Source of the DNA: Geosiphon pyriformis uo1
Taxonomy: Eukaryota; Fungi; Glomeromycota
NCBI GenBank assembly: GCA_016748015.1
Contig: JAAOMT010000480.1
Location: 372,001-436,000, forward strand
Reading direction: 5' to 3'
DNA: 64,000 nt
A program made the translations under genes and the position numbers. Below, piece after piece: positions 1 through 18,800 of this stretch. Under the pieces are notes generated by a model that saw nothing but the letters and a program-made list of their open reading frames with translations, was not told the origin of the DNA and searched no databases. The first letter of the stretch is position 1, and each line of letters starts with the position of its first letter.

Positions 1-546
1 AAAAAATATCAAGTCACCGATCTGGCGGATAATCTCAAGCCGGAGGATTGGTTAGTCGCATTTCCTGAAGACTTTCTATATAAAGCAGTTATTAGTTAGC
101 GCGAGCTGTTTGATCGATACACTCGAATAAAACATGGTCATTTTACATTAGGGACCGTGTCGTTGCTGTTATAGTGACTGGTAAGGATTGGCAATTTAAG
201 AATTGGAAGTGGCAAAGCACTGAAGACATATTCAAGAATGGTAAGCTTGGCTTTTCAATTTCATATCTAATTGTTGTTTATGGCAAATTAATCATTTTTT
301 AAATTCCAATATAGTCAAAGCATTTCATTTTAAATGGTCGCACATGGAAACTGATAAAAACGTCCTGAGATGGGGTAAGGCTGTGGAAATAATCAATGTA
401 AGTCCCTCTTGTTATTCTGTTGCCCATAACGAAATTAAAATATAAAATATATTCTCAATTCATAGATTTCTCGAGATTTTCGACATAAAGATTTCGAAGC
501 CCAGAATGCTTTTTGGAAGGCCTTGTACAGTCACATTTACAAATAA
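1..546 (+). CDS. CDC73: 3' part of Paf1-complex subunit Cdc73/parafibromin (C-terminal domain); exons 1-50, 152-240, 315-397, 466-546; 5' end outside window
   Basis: Splicing at GT-AG sites gives [37 protein letters not shown]...ISRDFRHKDFEAQNAFWKALYSHIYK*. This matches the Cdc73 C-terminal signature W.RVVAV...G..WQFK.W.W as I recall it. Confidence 0.9.
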
Positions 547-1528
547 TGAGGGAAATAACTTATCAGAAAATGAGGTAAAAAGTCAAGATTATCATTTCGT
601 GGATAGCTCAATTGTTAAATATTTTACATTTGTGACGTGAACGACGCAGATGACATCTAATCACAAGAGTGATTTAAGCAATTATTAATCATGTAATAGT
701 TATTTTAATTGATCACGTAAAGTGAGATCACAATTATCATGATATAAGCGGATGAAACTGCCGATAATACAACGACCATGAGAACAAATCTTCTATGAAA
801 TTTTTTGACTGATTAATGTTTCTTCACCACCAGAATCATAAGAAAAACCGGCCCACTCAATTCAGGAAATACCGAGCTTTGGTTTCTGCTGATCAATAAA
901 CGTCCCTTGAGAGGGATTTATGAGATCCTAATACGCAGGTTAGATTGACTGATCATAGGAAGAGGTTTTCTTGATTGGAAAGGCGTATCAAGAAGTTACA
1001 TTGCAGCGCCATTATATATATGGTTTGGTATAACGCTAAGGTGTTGATCCTTGGCAAAATGAAAAAACAATCATTACAAAAATTGATGAAATAGATTATA
1101 ATTTGTAAGTTTTATCGATTTTTTTCGTATCTTTGCGCTATAATTTCTAAATGTCTAAAAACTGGTGATTTGTATGCAGAATTATGAATAATATAATCTT
1201 AACCTCAATGAAATATTTCAAAGCCCTAATCTCATTTGGGTTGCTCTCACAGTTCAAACACTTGAAAAATTAAATCGTAACTTTTATGAATTGTAGGTCG
1301 CTATTAATCAACAATCCATTATTAAAACGATGCAGAATACTAAAAAAGCAGTTTTGAAGTGACACCCTCCAATGTGAAAGGTATTAATTTTTTCAAGATA
1401 TGGGAGAACCAAAACATCATTTTCAGCATTACATTATTACTGTTATCACAATTGTTATATCAAAATAAAATCACAACCAAAAGAATTAAAAAGATTGGAT
1501 ACCGGTTACTTGCTTCGACAATCAACCA

Positions 1529-4500
1529 TTAAACCGTCAAATTCCTCAAATTATACATTGTCTCGGCCAAATATTTTGACAAAGGTCTGCACTTTACCAA
1601 AATATCAGATAATTCCGTCTCGTATGCAACAAAATACGGAGCCATTTTCTTTGACCGGGACATATTACGTAGAATCAGACACGCGGTCAAAGGAATACCA
1701 ATAGCTTCGCCATCTTGGTCCGACGATATATTTGTACGGTAAGTGAGGAAATTCCTTCGTTGATCTAAGGGTGTGGGTGTCACCAATACTGGGTAAGGCG
1801 ACGGAGGGTGTGGTACGGCATCCGGTTCTATGGGGAAATGAATTTTAAGATGAGCTTGGACAGCGCCCCGATTTGTAGTCCCTGGGTTAAATCGACGGCA
1901 TTCCATCCAATTACAGTCATACAAAATACTGTTCTCAGGCTGTTGCGATTGAATATGTTTGTTGGGTAAATGATGATACAAAATATGTCGGTATACTTCC
2001 TCTCCAGAAATGAAAGGGGGCGCTAAACAACCATTCCATCGACATGTGAATTTTAGAGCTGGGAAAGAGCGAACCGAATGTAAGAACATGATGATAGAAA
2101 TATTTTCAATAAATGAATTTGAAAAAAAGCAACGATTGGTATACAAAATTAGTAACTCACACTTTTTGCTGGAGGGTTGCTCTCTTCCAGTATATGATCT
2201 TCGTTGGATACCCTGAATCATATACGTTAACTAATCTGTTAAGGATATTAACAGCAGTAATAGTTGTTGAAGAAATTGTATTATAAAGGATATTTAGTTG
2301 TGCTATCTGGAGCTGTAACCATCATGACAGCTGACTCAGGAAATGCACGGTTAACATGTTTAATCACTTCAGCAGCAGGCATCATGGGTATTGTTGATGT
2401 TAGGAACTGTTCGCGATAAGCAAACCACACTTCGGTTTGTAGCACGCTCTCGTTTGGAACGTATTCATAGACTAGCTTCAACCTTACATATGATATCAAG
2501 GATTAGAGTTTTGATTAATAATGGTGAAATTTGGATACAATATGAATACCTGCCACGTAATTAAACTCAAAAAAGCAAAGTGAATTGAAAGAGTACCATT
2601 CTATAGTACGATATGGTTCGGGCAATTGATTGAAGGCGCCAGATAATTGGAGTTTGGGGACAATTGGCATAATGTCGTCAAAAGCAGCTTTTACGTAGTC
2701 TAGCGCTTGCCATCGCAGAAACCTGATCATCAAACGAACAAAATTACCAGGTGCATATTGAACAATTCGATAAGCAATATCTTCATGCAACTCTAAGAAC
2801 TGATATAACCAATCAAGAACAGCTGCAACTAGCTCTTCGTCTTCGATTAATAACAATTCCATCATACGTTGAATTATTCTAGCTTCAATATCACGCAGAA
2901 CACCAAGGTTATGTTCGTTGAGGGCCAAACTAGTCATGGATCGAATTCCCCCCATAACCAAGGCTTTATCGTTGGAATATAACAATTCTGGCAAAACTTT
3001 AAGGAGCTCCTCATCTGGCCCTTTTAAAAACACATAAGGACAAATGTTTTCTATAATATCCAAACAATATTGCCTGAGCTCAGTAAAGTGGCCGAGTACT
3101 TGCAACTTAAGCCCCTCCATTAAGTATTTCCGTAATGGTTTATACGCCGCCATGAGTTTGATATTGTGTTCTAAAAATGAAAGATTTCTAATAACCAAAA
3201 ATGCTTGAAAAACACGCTGATGTCGTTGTTGAGTTCCTATCGAATCAAAAAAGGCATCGTTCATTGAATCATCAATATTATCGAAAATCTCAATAGGATC
3301 CGACATAGCAGCAGTCCGATTATTAATAACTTTGCTACATTCTTCAAAAAAAGGAGCAGCAAAAGAGAGTAACGCGTCCACTAGTCCAGGTATTTTATCC
3401 ACATGAAAGGTATCCGAGCATTCAAGTGAAAGCTTGATTAGTCTTTTGAAAGCCCAATCAATTTCATTGGGTAGAGAAGATCTCAACGCAAGTAGCATAC
3501 GATTATGATGTCCGCCTTCCAAATAATAACCTAATAAGATCGAAACTGTTAATGATATCTAAAATGGCTTAATAGATTTTTGATGCGTTACATACCTTCT
3601 CTCCATGGACCTTTCAATGCCGGCGGTTCAAGGGTTTGCATCTCAATAGCATTAGAAGGCGGGGCAAATAGTTTTCTGGAAAAAGGCGTCATGTTTCCTG
3701 CCCAATAATTGTTTATTGGCAAGATAAGAGAAACTGGATAAAATGGCATCAATCAGAGAACCGACAGTTAAGTAGCTAACCTAGAAAATGACCAAAGGCT
3801 TCAATAAAATATACTCATGGTATACTACGAGATTTTGGTGAGGATCAAGAATATAGTGATTTTACCTTTGAGAGGCTCTTTTATGGTGGTGAAACTTGTC
3901 TTTTCATTGGCATTTGAGGATTTACTTCCTTCGCGACTACTCTGAAACTGACGTTCACGATTACGAAGTTCATGACGATGACGATGACGATGACGATCAT
4001 CGTTCTCACGATCACTTCGATCACTACCACCAACGCGTTCAGCAGAACTTGAGGTTTTATGACCATCAAATGTAATTTCTTGTCCCCAAAAGTTCTTCAT
4101 TTCATAACCCTCAAGAAATTTGATATAAATATTTTTTATCGCGTAAGCACTATTTGTGCAGGTTGCTGGTAAATTGAAGGGCAACGTGATCTTTCTCCAA
4201 CCGCGTTCTTCGCTAACTTTTTTACAGCCACCTGCTTCGGTGACCATTTGATAAATTTTGTAAAGATCTAACTTTTTGGAGCCAAGTATTGGTTCTTTTT
4301 GGAGAGAAGTTCTATTTTCAATGTCAAGGGATTTGTGAACGGTGGCTTTCATAGGTGTTTTTATAATTTCAAATTTGGAAGTAAAACTCAAGCTATATAC
4401 CCGTGTTCTTCATGAAACTCTTCAAGTTTCTCCATGAAGGTTAAATATTCGTCTGTTCGTTCAATTGTATCTTCAGGGAGTTTAAACGATTTGCCACCAC

Positions 4501-4564
4501 TTCGCTGTGTCGGAACAGGAGGTTGGGGGGCATCTCCTCTTCGCATCGCTCGCGTTTCCCTCAT
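1529..4564 (-). CDS. RSC9: RSC/PBAF subunit Rsc9 (ARID2/BAF200 orthologue): ARID, ARM repeats, RFX-like winged helix, C2H2 zinc finger; multi-exon
   Basis: ATG at 4564. Intron 4312-4400 joins EEHG/TSLQKEPILGSKKLDLY (ARID). Also present: 'NRMLLALRSSLPNEIDWA' ARM start, 'EVWFAYREQF...AAEVIKHV..AFP' winged helix, CRWNGC/CNWMEC zinc fingers and C-terminal 'IPLTACLILRNM'. Exon boundaries around 3600-3870 are ambiguous. Confidence 0.88.
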
Positions 4565-5653
4565 TCCGTGGTTTGTAAAGAATGTACCAGTTGATAGTTC
4601 GCGAAATGTATAACTTTGGAAAGATGTCACACCTTTGTTCAAATTTGGCAAAAAAACGTGGCTCCCTATTTTCCACGAGGATCTACAAGATCTTTTCCAC
4701 ATTTATCCTTAGCAATATATGTAATTGGCTATTTGTGTCAATTTATAATATTACAATTAACATTTTTATCATTATTTAAATAAATTAATTGGAAAATATT
4801 AATCTTTCATTTCAAAATTTGAATTCTATAATAAATTTCAAAAGCTATAATTATAAATAGCGGATTTGTATTATTTTTAAAATTATTAATTAAGATAGTA
4901 TTTTAATAGATTGTAATTTTAAATCATATAAACATAATTAGTTGTAATTTCATATTAAAATTATTCAACAATCTGCATTTAAAAAGTTATTTTTGGCTAT
5001 AAATCAGATCATTAAATTAATAAGTAGTCAAAACTTTAATAAATTTTACATATTAATATATAGAATATAAAAATGTATACACATTTAAAAACTAAAAATA
5101 TATATATAATTTAACCAAAAAAATTTAGTTTAACCTAAAATTTGTTCAAAAATAAAATTCAAACAGTATTTATTTGTATTAATAGTAATTAGTTGATCAA
5201 AATAATTTAATTTTACAAATTTAAATATAAATCAAAAATTTCCAAATAATTAATCAAACAAAATTTTTCAATAAATCTTAAATTCAATCTATTATTATTA
5301 ATTTTGAAAATTAATTTGCATTAATAAAACAGAAATTGTTTTTTTGCAAATTTGGATTAATTAATGCACAAATCTTCGCTTATTAATAATTTTTAAATTT
5401 GATGTATGTAGTGCGAATGAAAATAGGATGTACAAAATTTTCAAGAATGTTCAAAAAGTCATCGATTTTGAAAATAACCGCTAATTAATCAAAGGTTTCT
5501 ACGGTAAAAAGATTTTCTGCTCAAATTAAGAACACAAGAGATTAAATATGCTAAAAACTGCGACAGATTGAAGATTTTATATTTGATATCGTTGTTTTCC
5601 ATTAGGGCCTTCTATCCTTGACAAACCAAATTATAATAATATACAGTCTTCTG

Positions 5654-11981
<6,328 letters not shown>

Positions 11982-12249
11982 GACGTATACTTAGTGTCAA
12001 AGAGCTAAACCTCCGAGATGGTTAGAGCAGATTACGAGAATTAACGTTAAAGTTGACCACTAAGAGTTTCGAGGCTGTTTCAACAGTTTCTAAAGCAAAG
12101 TTTGAAAAAATACAATGAGACCAGGATCTGTTAACCCAGCTTGAAAGAAAGTAGCCTTTTAGTTTATTTTTCGTAATCGTTTATATAAGTATGCGGCTTA
12201 ATTGCCGATACTCACATATAAGGAAAGTAATGCAATTTACATGACTCCT

Positions 12250-12463
12250 ATTGGTGCGCGTCTTTTAAAAACGTCACGTGATAGTTGCATAATTGCATTG
12301 TATATTAAAGTTGACAAATATAGAAATTTTCACAAATATTTTCAAGAATCGCAATGAAATAAAAGCAAAAGAAAAAAAACGAAGTGATTAGGGTGAAAAG
12401 AAATTCAATCATTTTGAGATAAAACTCACGCACTAAATTTTTTATAAAAATCAAGACGCGTCT
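12250..12463. promoter_or_regulatory. Putative promoter elements upstream of the CHD/Mit1 gene (CCAAT box, CACGTG E-box, ACGCGT MCB-like palindrome)
   Basis: ATTGG at 12250, GTCACGTGAT at 12273-12282, AGACGCGTCT at 12454-12463, in a CpG-retaining intergenic stretch. Confidence 0.35.
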
Positions 12464-12799
12464 ATGGCGCAGTAGCTAATAAGACATTGGTTGATGTATC
12501 CGCAGCAATAAATTAGTCACGAGTAGCTTCTAAATTTAAGAATTAGAACGCGATGAGTAGATGGGAATTAAGACTTGGAAAAAAAAAAAGTAACCTGAAC
12601 GGTTTTTTGATTTTTCGATCAAAAAAAATTTATAATTTAACTTTTCAGTTCCGATGATTCTCCCTGCATCCTTGCATTGTATTACTGATTTTCTGCAAAT
12701 TCTTTTTTTTTTATAAATTAACAAAATATGTGGGTAGATTTTAATTGATCGACATAAAAAATGGGAATCATGTGAACAAAGCTTTTCGATTGCGCAAGC

Positions 12800-13786
12800 T
12801 TTAAAATGTCACTTATAACTCTTATTGTAAAAATTTTAGTACTAAATTTCTTATAATATTAATTATACTAATAAAAACATAATTTCAATTATTAAACAAA
12901 GCAAACCCAATTGTTATTGGCTAGCATATGAAATAAGAATAAGATTAATTTTCGATTCAATTAAAAATTGTATAACATTTGATTATTTAATAAGATAACA
13001 ATTTTTAAAAAAGCTTTATTTACTTAAATTTGAATTTAAAAATTGTATGCTACAAGCTTTTTTACTTAAAAATTGCTTTTTAAAGTTATTACTTATATAT
13101 TAAATAAATAATATAATTTTTATTAAATTAAAAACTATTATTTAAAAAATTAAAAAATGTTGATTTTAACTTAATTAAAATAATACATTAATAAACTATA
13201 TTTATTTTCATAACATAAAATATTATTATTAAAAAAAAAGTAAAAACATGTTATTATTTAAAACATAATATTTAATAAATTATTTATTAAAATATAATTA
13301 AATTTTAATTATATGTAAAAATTTAATTCTAAACTTATAAAATTGTTAAATACAGCATATAAATCAAATTTAATCTAATAAAAAACAATAGTTTAATTAA
13401 TTATAATATTGTTATTACTATATTTAAGACAGTTTTTTTTTTTACCAGTTTTATTTTACCAATTTTAACAAAATAATTAATTTTAATTTAGTTATAAACA
13501 ATAATATTATTTTTAATTTATTTATTAATTAGATTTTTGATTTATTTATTTATTTTAAAAATATATAAACAAAAGTTTATAAATTATAAAAAAAATTAAA
13601 TATTTAAGTATTAGTAATTATTTTATTTTTATTTTTTAATTTATATTATTATTAATTTTTATAAAATACATTTTTTAAATAAATCTAAAAAACCTTTTTT
13701 TTTCTTTTATCTAAAATTTTTTTAAAAAGCAATATTTTGAAAAAAAGTTTTTTGTTTTTATTTTATTATATTTTTTACTATTTTAC
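12800..13786. other. Extremely AT-rich tract at the gene-island/TE-block boundary
   Basis: Almost no G/C, no ORFs. Confidence 0.7.
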
Positions 13787-13935
13787 AAGATACAAGGAAA
13801 AATAAAGTTTGTTAAAACTTCTTTCTTTTGTACATCCCAAATTCCCCAAAGAGCACAATTTTGAAAGAAGTTTTTTGTTTTTTCTTCTGTTTTATTTTCA
13901 CTATTTCTTTTACACATAACCTATTTGTTGTGGAT

Positions 13936-15843
13936 ATAGAGGCTGCCTTTAGTGGCAGTTCGTCAAGTTTGAAGGCTCCTTTGAGTGCTTCTTTTGGTCC
14001 TGCTGGTGGCTCTTTTTCACAAAAGAAAAGGGTTTCTTTTTGCAATGTCAAGCATTTTGGTGTTAAAGGTGATGTTTTTTTGGCCAAACCTCATTCTGAT
14101 GGAAACATATACTCTGATATGGAAAGTGATTTTAGTAGTAGTATTGTTGATAACATCCTGGTCGGTAGTAGTAATAAGTCTTTTTTTGGTTTAGTAGCTA
14201 TAACTCCTAAGGCAAAGAAAGTTAAAAATAATTTGGCTTGTGGTTCCTCTCTTGGTTCTCTGGATTATGACATAGATAACAATGATGGTGGTTTTTTCTC
14301 TCCTCCTCTTGGTGTTTCTTTGAAAAAAAAGTGGTTAGATCCCAAAATAATCAAAACTCAGGTGAAAGTTGCTGTGAAAAAATCTTATGCTCTGGATATT
14401 AATCTTTCAACTGTGGAAGGCAAATCGGCTATGACCAAAACTCAAGTCATCAGAAATTTATTTTCGAAAATCAATAGTTTTGGGGGGACCACTACCTCCT
14501 TAAAATTTGAAGGAATCATCAGATTTATTTTCACCTTAGAGATCAGCATAGAAAAAGCCACATTATTGGCCAGAAAAAAGGGGATCACTGTAAACACCGA
14601 TCTCAAGAAACAAGGAATTCGTTCAGATTGGGCCATAGTAATAAAAAAAATTCCCATGGATACACCAAAGGGAATGATCATTGCAGCTCTTTCTGAGTTT
14701 GGTTAAGTGGTGTCAATCTGATTGCAACTCATTGGGCTGTGGCAGAAAACTGTAGTGGAGTTTGCCGAATCAAGTCAAACAGATCTGTTGACAGCTAAGT
14801 AGTCATTCTTAATTGGGAAAGACTCAGTATGCGTGGCCAAAGCTGTGGAAGATCATGAGACATGGATATCAAGGGATCAGTTCAGGGTGCTTTTGTTTAC
14901 TTTGCCTGTGGGTACGACTGTGCATAATCTTAGAAATTTTTTGGAAAGGGCTGGTGGAAAGACATGTGTTATTAATTGGTTATTAGAAAGTGATAATAGG
15001 ACTCGTTGTGCTGTGGTTGGCTTTGAGTCTGATGAAATGTTGGAGTTGGCTTTTTGCACAGTTCTAATTCTTGGTAAAGTGAAGCTTTCTTGGACTAGAT
15101 TGGGTCTTGTTTGGTGTAATAGGTGTGAGAAGCTTGGTTATTCAGTTTTGGAGTGTAATGCTAAGATTGCTTCCACTCCCAAGCTTTCAAAATCATTTAT
15201 AAAGTGGGTCACTTTGGATGAGATTCGCCTTCAACTTGTCAAGTTGTATGCAAAAAAGAGTGTTCTCATCTCTCGCTTAGCTGCCTTTGGCAGTAAATTG
15301 TGGGCTCAGATTATTTCTTTTGTGTCTACATCCTTTGGTCTTTTTGTTGGTTCTGATTTGAGTCTCTTTTCCTCTGGTGGTCCAGGTTCTGGTAGTCTGT
15401 CTTCTTCTACTTTTATGCTTGACTCTGTTTTGAATAAATGCTTGTCATCTTTGAAATAATCTTTGGGACTCCTGTCGGACCAAGTGTTATGTATAGTAAA
15501 ATGCCTAAATGGTGCCAGGTTGGTGCCTTTGGTGTCTGTTTTGAATGAAACCCCTGCTATGTCTGTCTCTCAACCTTTTGCTTCAGTTCCGTCTGTGGTT
15601 GCAAATTCAAATTTCTCTTCTGATATGGTCTTAGATAGTCTTGGTGGTCTTTCTAATACCCCCTTTCCTATTGCTATTGATAGTCCGGTTCTTGGCTTAA
15701 ACAGTTCTAAGGTCTTAACTTCCAAGTTGGGCAGTCTTGAATCTAAATTTGTGGCTCTGGAAGTTTTGGTAAATTCTATTTTAGTAAGGTTTGATCAGTT
15801 GTTTGCTGGCTCAGAATTGTCATTGTTCTTCAATTCTCAATGA
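13936..15843 (+). pseudogene. LINE-a ORF1 (RRM-like regions + zinc knuckle), disrupted by stops
   Basis: In-frame fragments 13828-14706, 14833-15459, 15463-15843; knuckle CNRCEKLG(H>Y)SVLEC; probable start ATA (decayed ATG) at 13936. Confidence 0.8.
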
Positions 15844-18800
15844 ACAGTCTGGTTTGGAATATTGCAATGTGTAATGTTAGAGGAATGAACAATCCTGTGA
15901 AACAGGATGATATTATTTGTTGGCATAAAGAAATGAACAATGTGATTTTGATTGTTACTGAAACTAAGTTAAAAGGTAAGATCTGTCCTTGGATCATAAA
16001 CAAGTTTAATAGCATTCGGGTTTTTACTTCTGGTTTGAATTCTGGTCACTTGGATTCCAGGGTTGCGATCATTATGAACAATTTTTTGGCTCAGCATGTA
16101 TGCAAGGTTTTGAATATTCCTGACCAGTTTCTTTTTCTTAGGCTCCTTTTCAAAAATAACCTTTCTGTGTCAGTTTTGGGGCTGTATGCTGGAGCTTCTC
16201 TGGCAGTTTGTTTCTCTTAGGCAGATAATGTTAATTTTTTGATTGCAAGGGTGGTGAATGAGTCCTCTTTTGTCATCTTGGGTGGTGATTTCAATGAAGA
16301 TGATTCTTACAAAAGTGCAAGTTTCAAAAGATGTTTTGATTTAGGTTTGGTTAACTTCTTGGGTAAGAGCTTATATGGAAAAAAAGCTATGTGGAACAAT
16401 TCTCGAGGAATTGCCAAAACTATTGACTATATTTTTGTGTCATCGAATCTAGTTAATGTGATTTTAGATTGTAAAGTGGCTGGTATTGAGAAGTTTTTCA
16501 ATACTGATTATAAGGTTGTTTTTGTTTCTGTAGATCTTGGTGGTTTGCTGGATGTGCAATTAAACTTGTTGCGTAAACAGGCAAATAAGGATCATTGGAA
16601 GTATAATTTTAAAGATGCTAATGATGCTTTATAGTCAAAGTTTAAGGATAAAACGGTGGCTAATGCTACCATGTTCTTTGATGATTTCTTGAATACCAAA
16701 ATGTGTTCGGATTTGGATGCTATGTGGAATGCTGTTCATAAGACATTATGTTTTTCAGCAAATGTGGTTTTCAAAAAAAAATGGTTCAAAGAATATAATG
16801 GTGTTTTTATCAAAACCTTATCCAGATTTCATAGATTGGAGTTGCTGATGTCTAAATTGGTTAAAGCTTCCCAGTTGATCAATCGTGATGTATTCACTTC
16901 ACTGCTAAAAACTTGGATTCTGCTTGATTCTGCTAATGCTTTGTTGGTAAAGTCTCTTTTTTTTTTAGGTTCTTCTTTGAATGATATACGATCTGTTCTT
17001 TCAAAGATTAGGAAATTTTATCGTGCTTCTAAGTTGTTAGAGTCAAAATGTGCTGAGGATTCTTATATCAGGTCTGCTATCAATAGAAGGATGGAAAGCT
17101 TTAAGTCAGACAAAGATCACACTATTAGGAGTGTCTTGAAGCAGCCCTTTTGCAAAGTTATTTTAGATTATTTGGTGGTAAATGAGGAGCTGATCTTGGA
17201 GCCTAATCATGTTAAAAATAAAGTGGATGAGATAATAAAGGGTTGGACGTGGAAGTGAGGTGTGGTTCATGATGTGCCTGAGGATTGGTCTCATCAGTAT
17301 CAGCCTCTGGAACATGTTTTTGATGGCGCCTTTTCCAATGTTATGAACTGTATTAGTTTTGTTGAATTATTTGGTGTGGTTTCCAATCTGCCTGATAAGA
17401 AAGCTGCTGGTTTTTCAGGCATCTTCAACAAACTCTGGAAGCATTGTGACAGTTTGGCTCTTAATATGCTTTTGGTGCTCATCAATTTTTATCTTTCTGA
17501 TGGATTGATTTCTGGTGTTTAGAAGGAGGCTTGGGTTTCGATGATTCTTAAGCCTTATGAATAGGAAGGTGTGCTCACTAATACTCATCATATAGCTCTA
17601 ATTGAGACAGTTCGCAAGATTCTCTCCAAAATTCTTTCTGACAGGATTTCATTGGCATGCAGCAAATACAATGTTCTTTGTGGTGACAATTTTTCAGTTT
17701 AAAAGAGTACTATGACTTAGTTCCCTATTTTTGCGGTTGGTTCAATGATCGAGAACACTATAAAAAAAAACCAGAAGCTCTGGCTGGTTTTGCAGGACAT
17801 GCAAAAGACTTATGATTCTGTTGGTTGGGAACATCTCAGGAATAGTCTGGTTAGGATCAAAATGTATAGCAAGTTTATTTGATTTTTTGGTGGTATTTAT
17901 GGTGGTCATACCAACTGGGTTATGACTGATTTTGGATTAATGAGTGGTTATCATGTGCATGATGGCTTGAACCAAGAGGAAGTTTTCTCACTTCTCCTTT
18001 GACAGATATTTTATGATCCTCTTCTGTGCAAGGTTAAGAGACAGAAGAGTGTATGTAGGTATAGGTTGAATTCTCATTTTGTTTCTAGAACTGGTCATGT
18101 GGAATCTCAAGCTGAGTTAACTTCATTTCTTGCTGCTGGTGCTTTTATGGATGATACAATCTGGGTTGGTAATAGTTAGGCAGTAACACAGCACATTTTA
18201 GATATTGCTAGTGAATTTTTCAGGCTTAATGACATTTCAATTAACAATAATAAAACCATTGTCATTCCTATCAACTGCTGGATTGCAAATCTCTCTCTTT
18301 TGATAAGTGAAATGTCTATATCTGTGGCCAAAAAGGGGGAACCTCATTGGTATTTGGGTATCTTTTTGTCCACTGAGAGTCTTTTTAAACCCAGTCTTGC
18401 TAAAGCTTACTCGGACATCAAGTTTTTTGCTAATTTTGTGTTAAAAAAGACCATCTCTGATAAACAATTTTTGTATTTGGTGTCTTCAATCCTCCACCCT
18501 ATTGTGAATTACAGAACTCAGTTCAGTTTTGTTCCTCTTAGTGTGTGCAACAAATAGGATACTTTGATTCGCAAGGGTTTAAAATCAAAGTCTGGTTTGT
18601 CTTTGGATTTTCCCAATAATGCATTGTATTACTTCTCATTATATGGCTTGAATACTTTTGAACAAATCCAGGCTGAATACAAAGTAGTGTTTGTTGTTTG
18701 TTTTGCAAATTCGGTTGGCATTTTGGATTGTTTGTTTGCTCACAGATCTCATGACTTGCAAATTTTGTGTTGGCATCCGATTTATTCCTTGAGCTCTCCT

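Noticed and set aside
3965-4000. (GACGAT)n repeat / HRHRHRH tract
   Set aside because: Ordinary coding microsatellite in a disordered linker of RSC9.
12458-12540. tRNA-like start GCGTCTATGGCGCAGTAG (A-box-like)
   Set aside because: No B-box, T-arm or complementary acceptor stem downstream.
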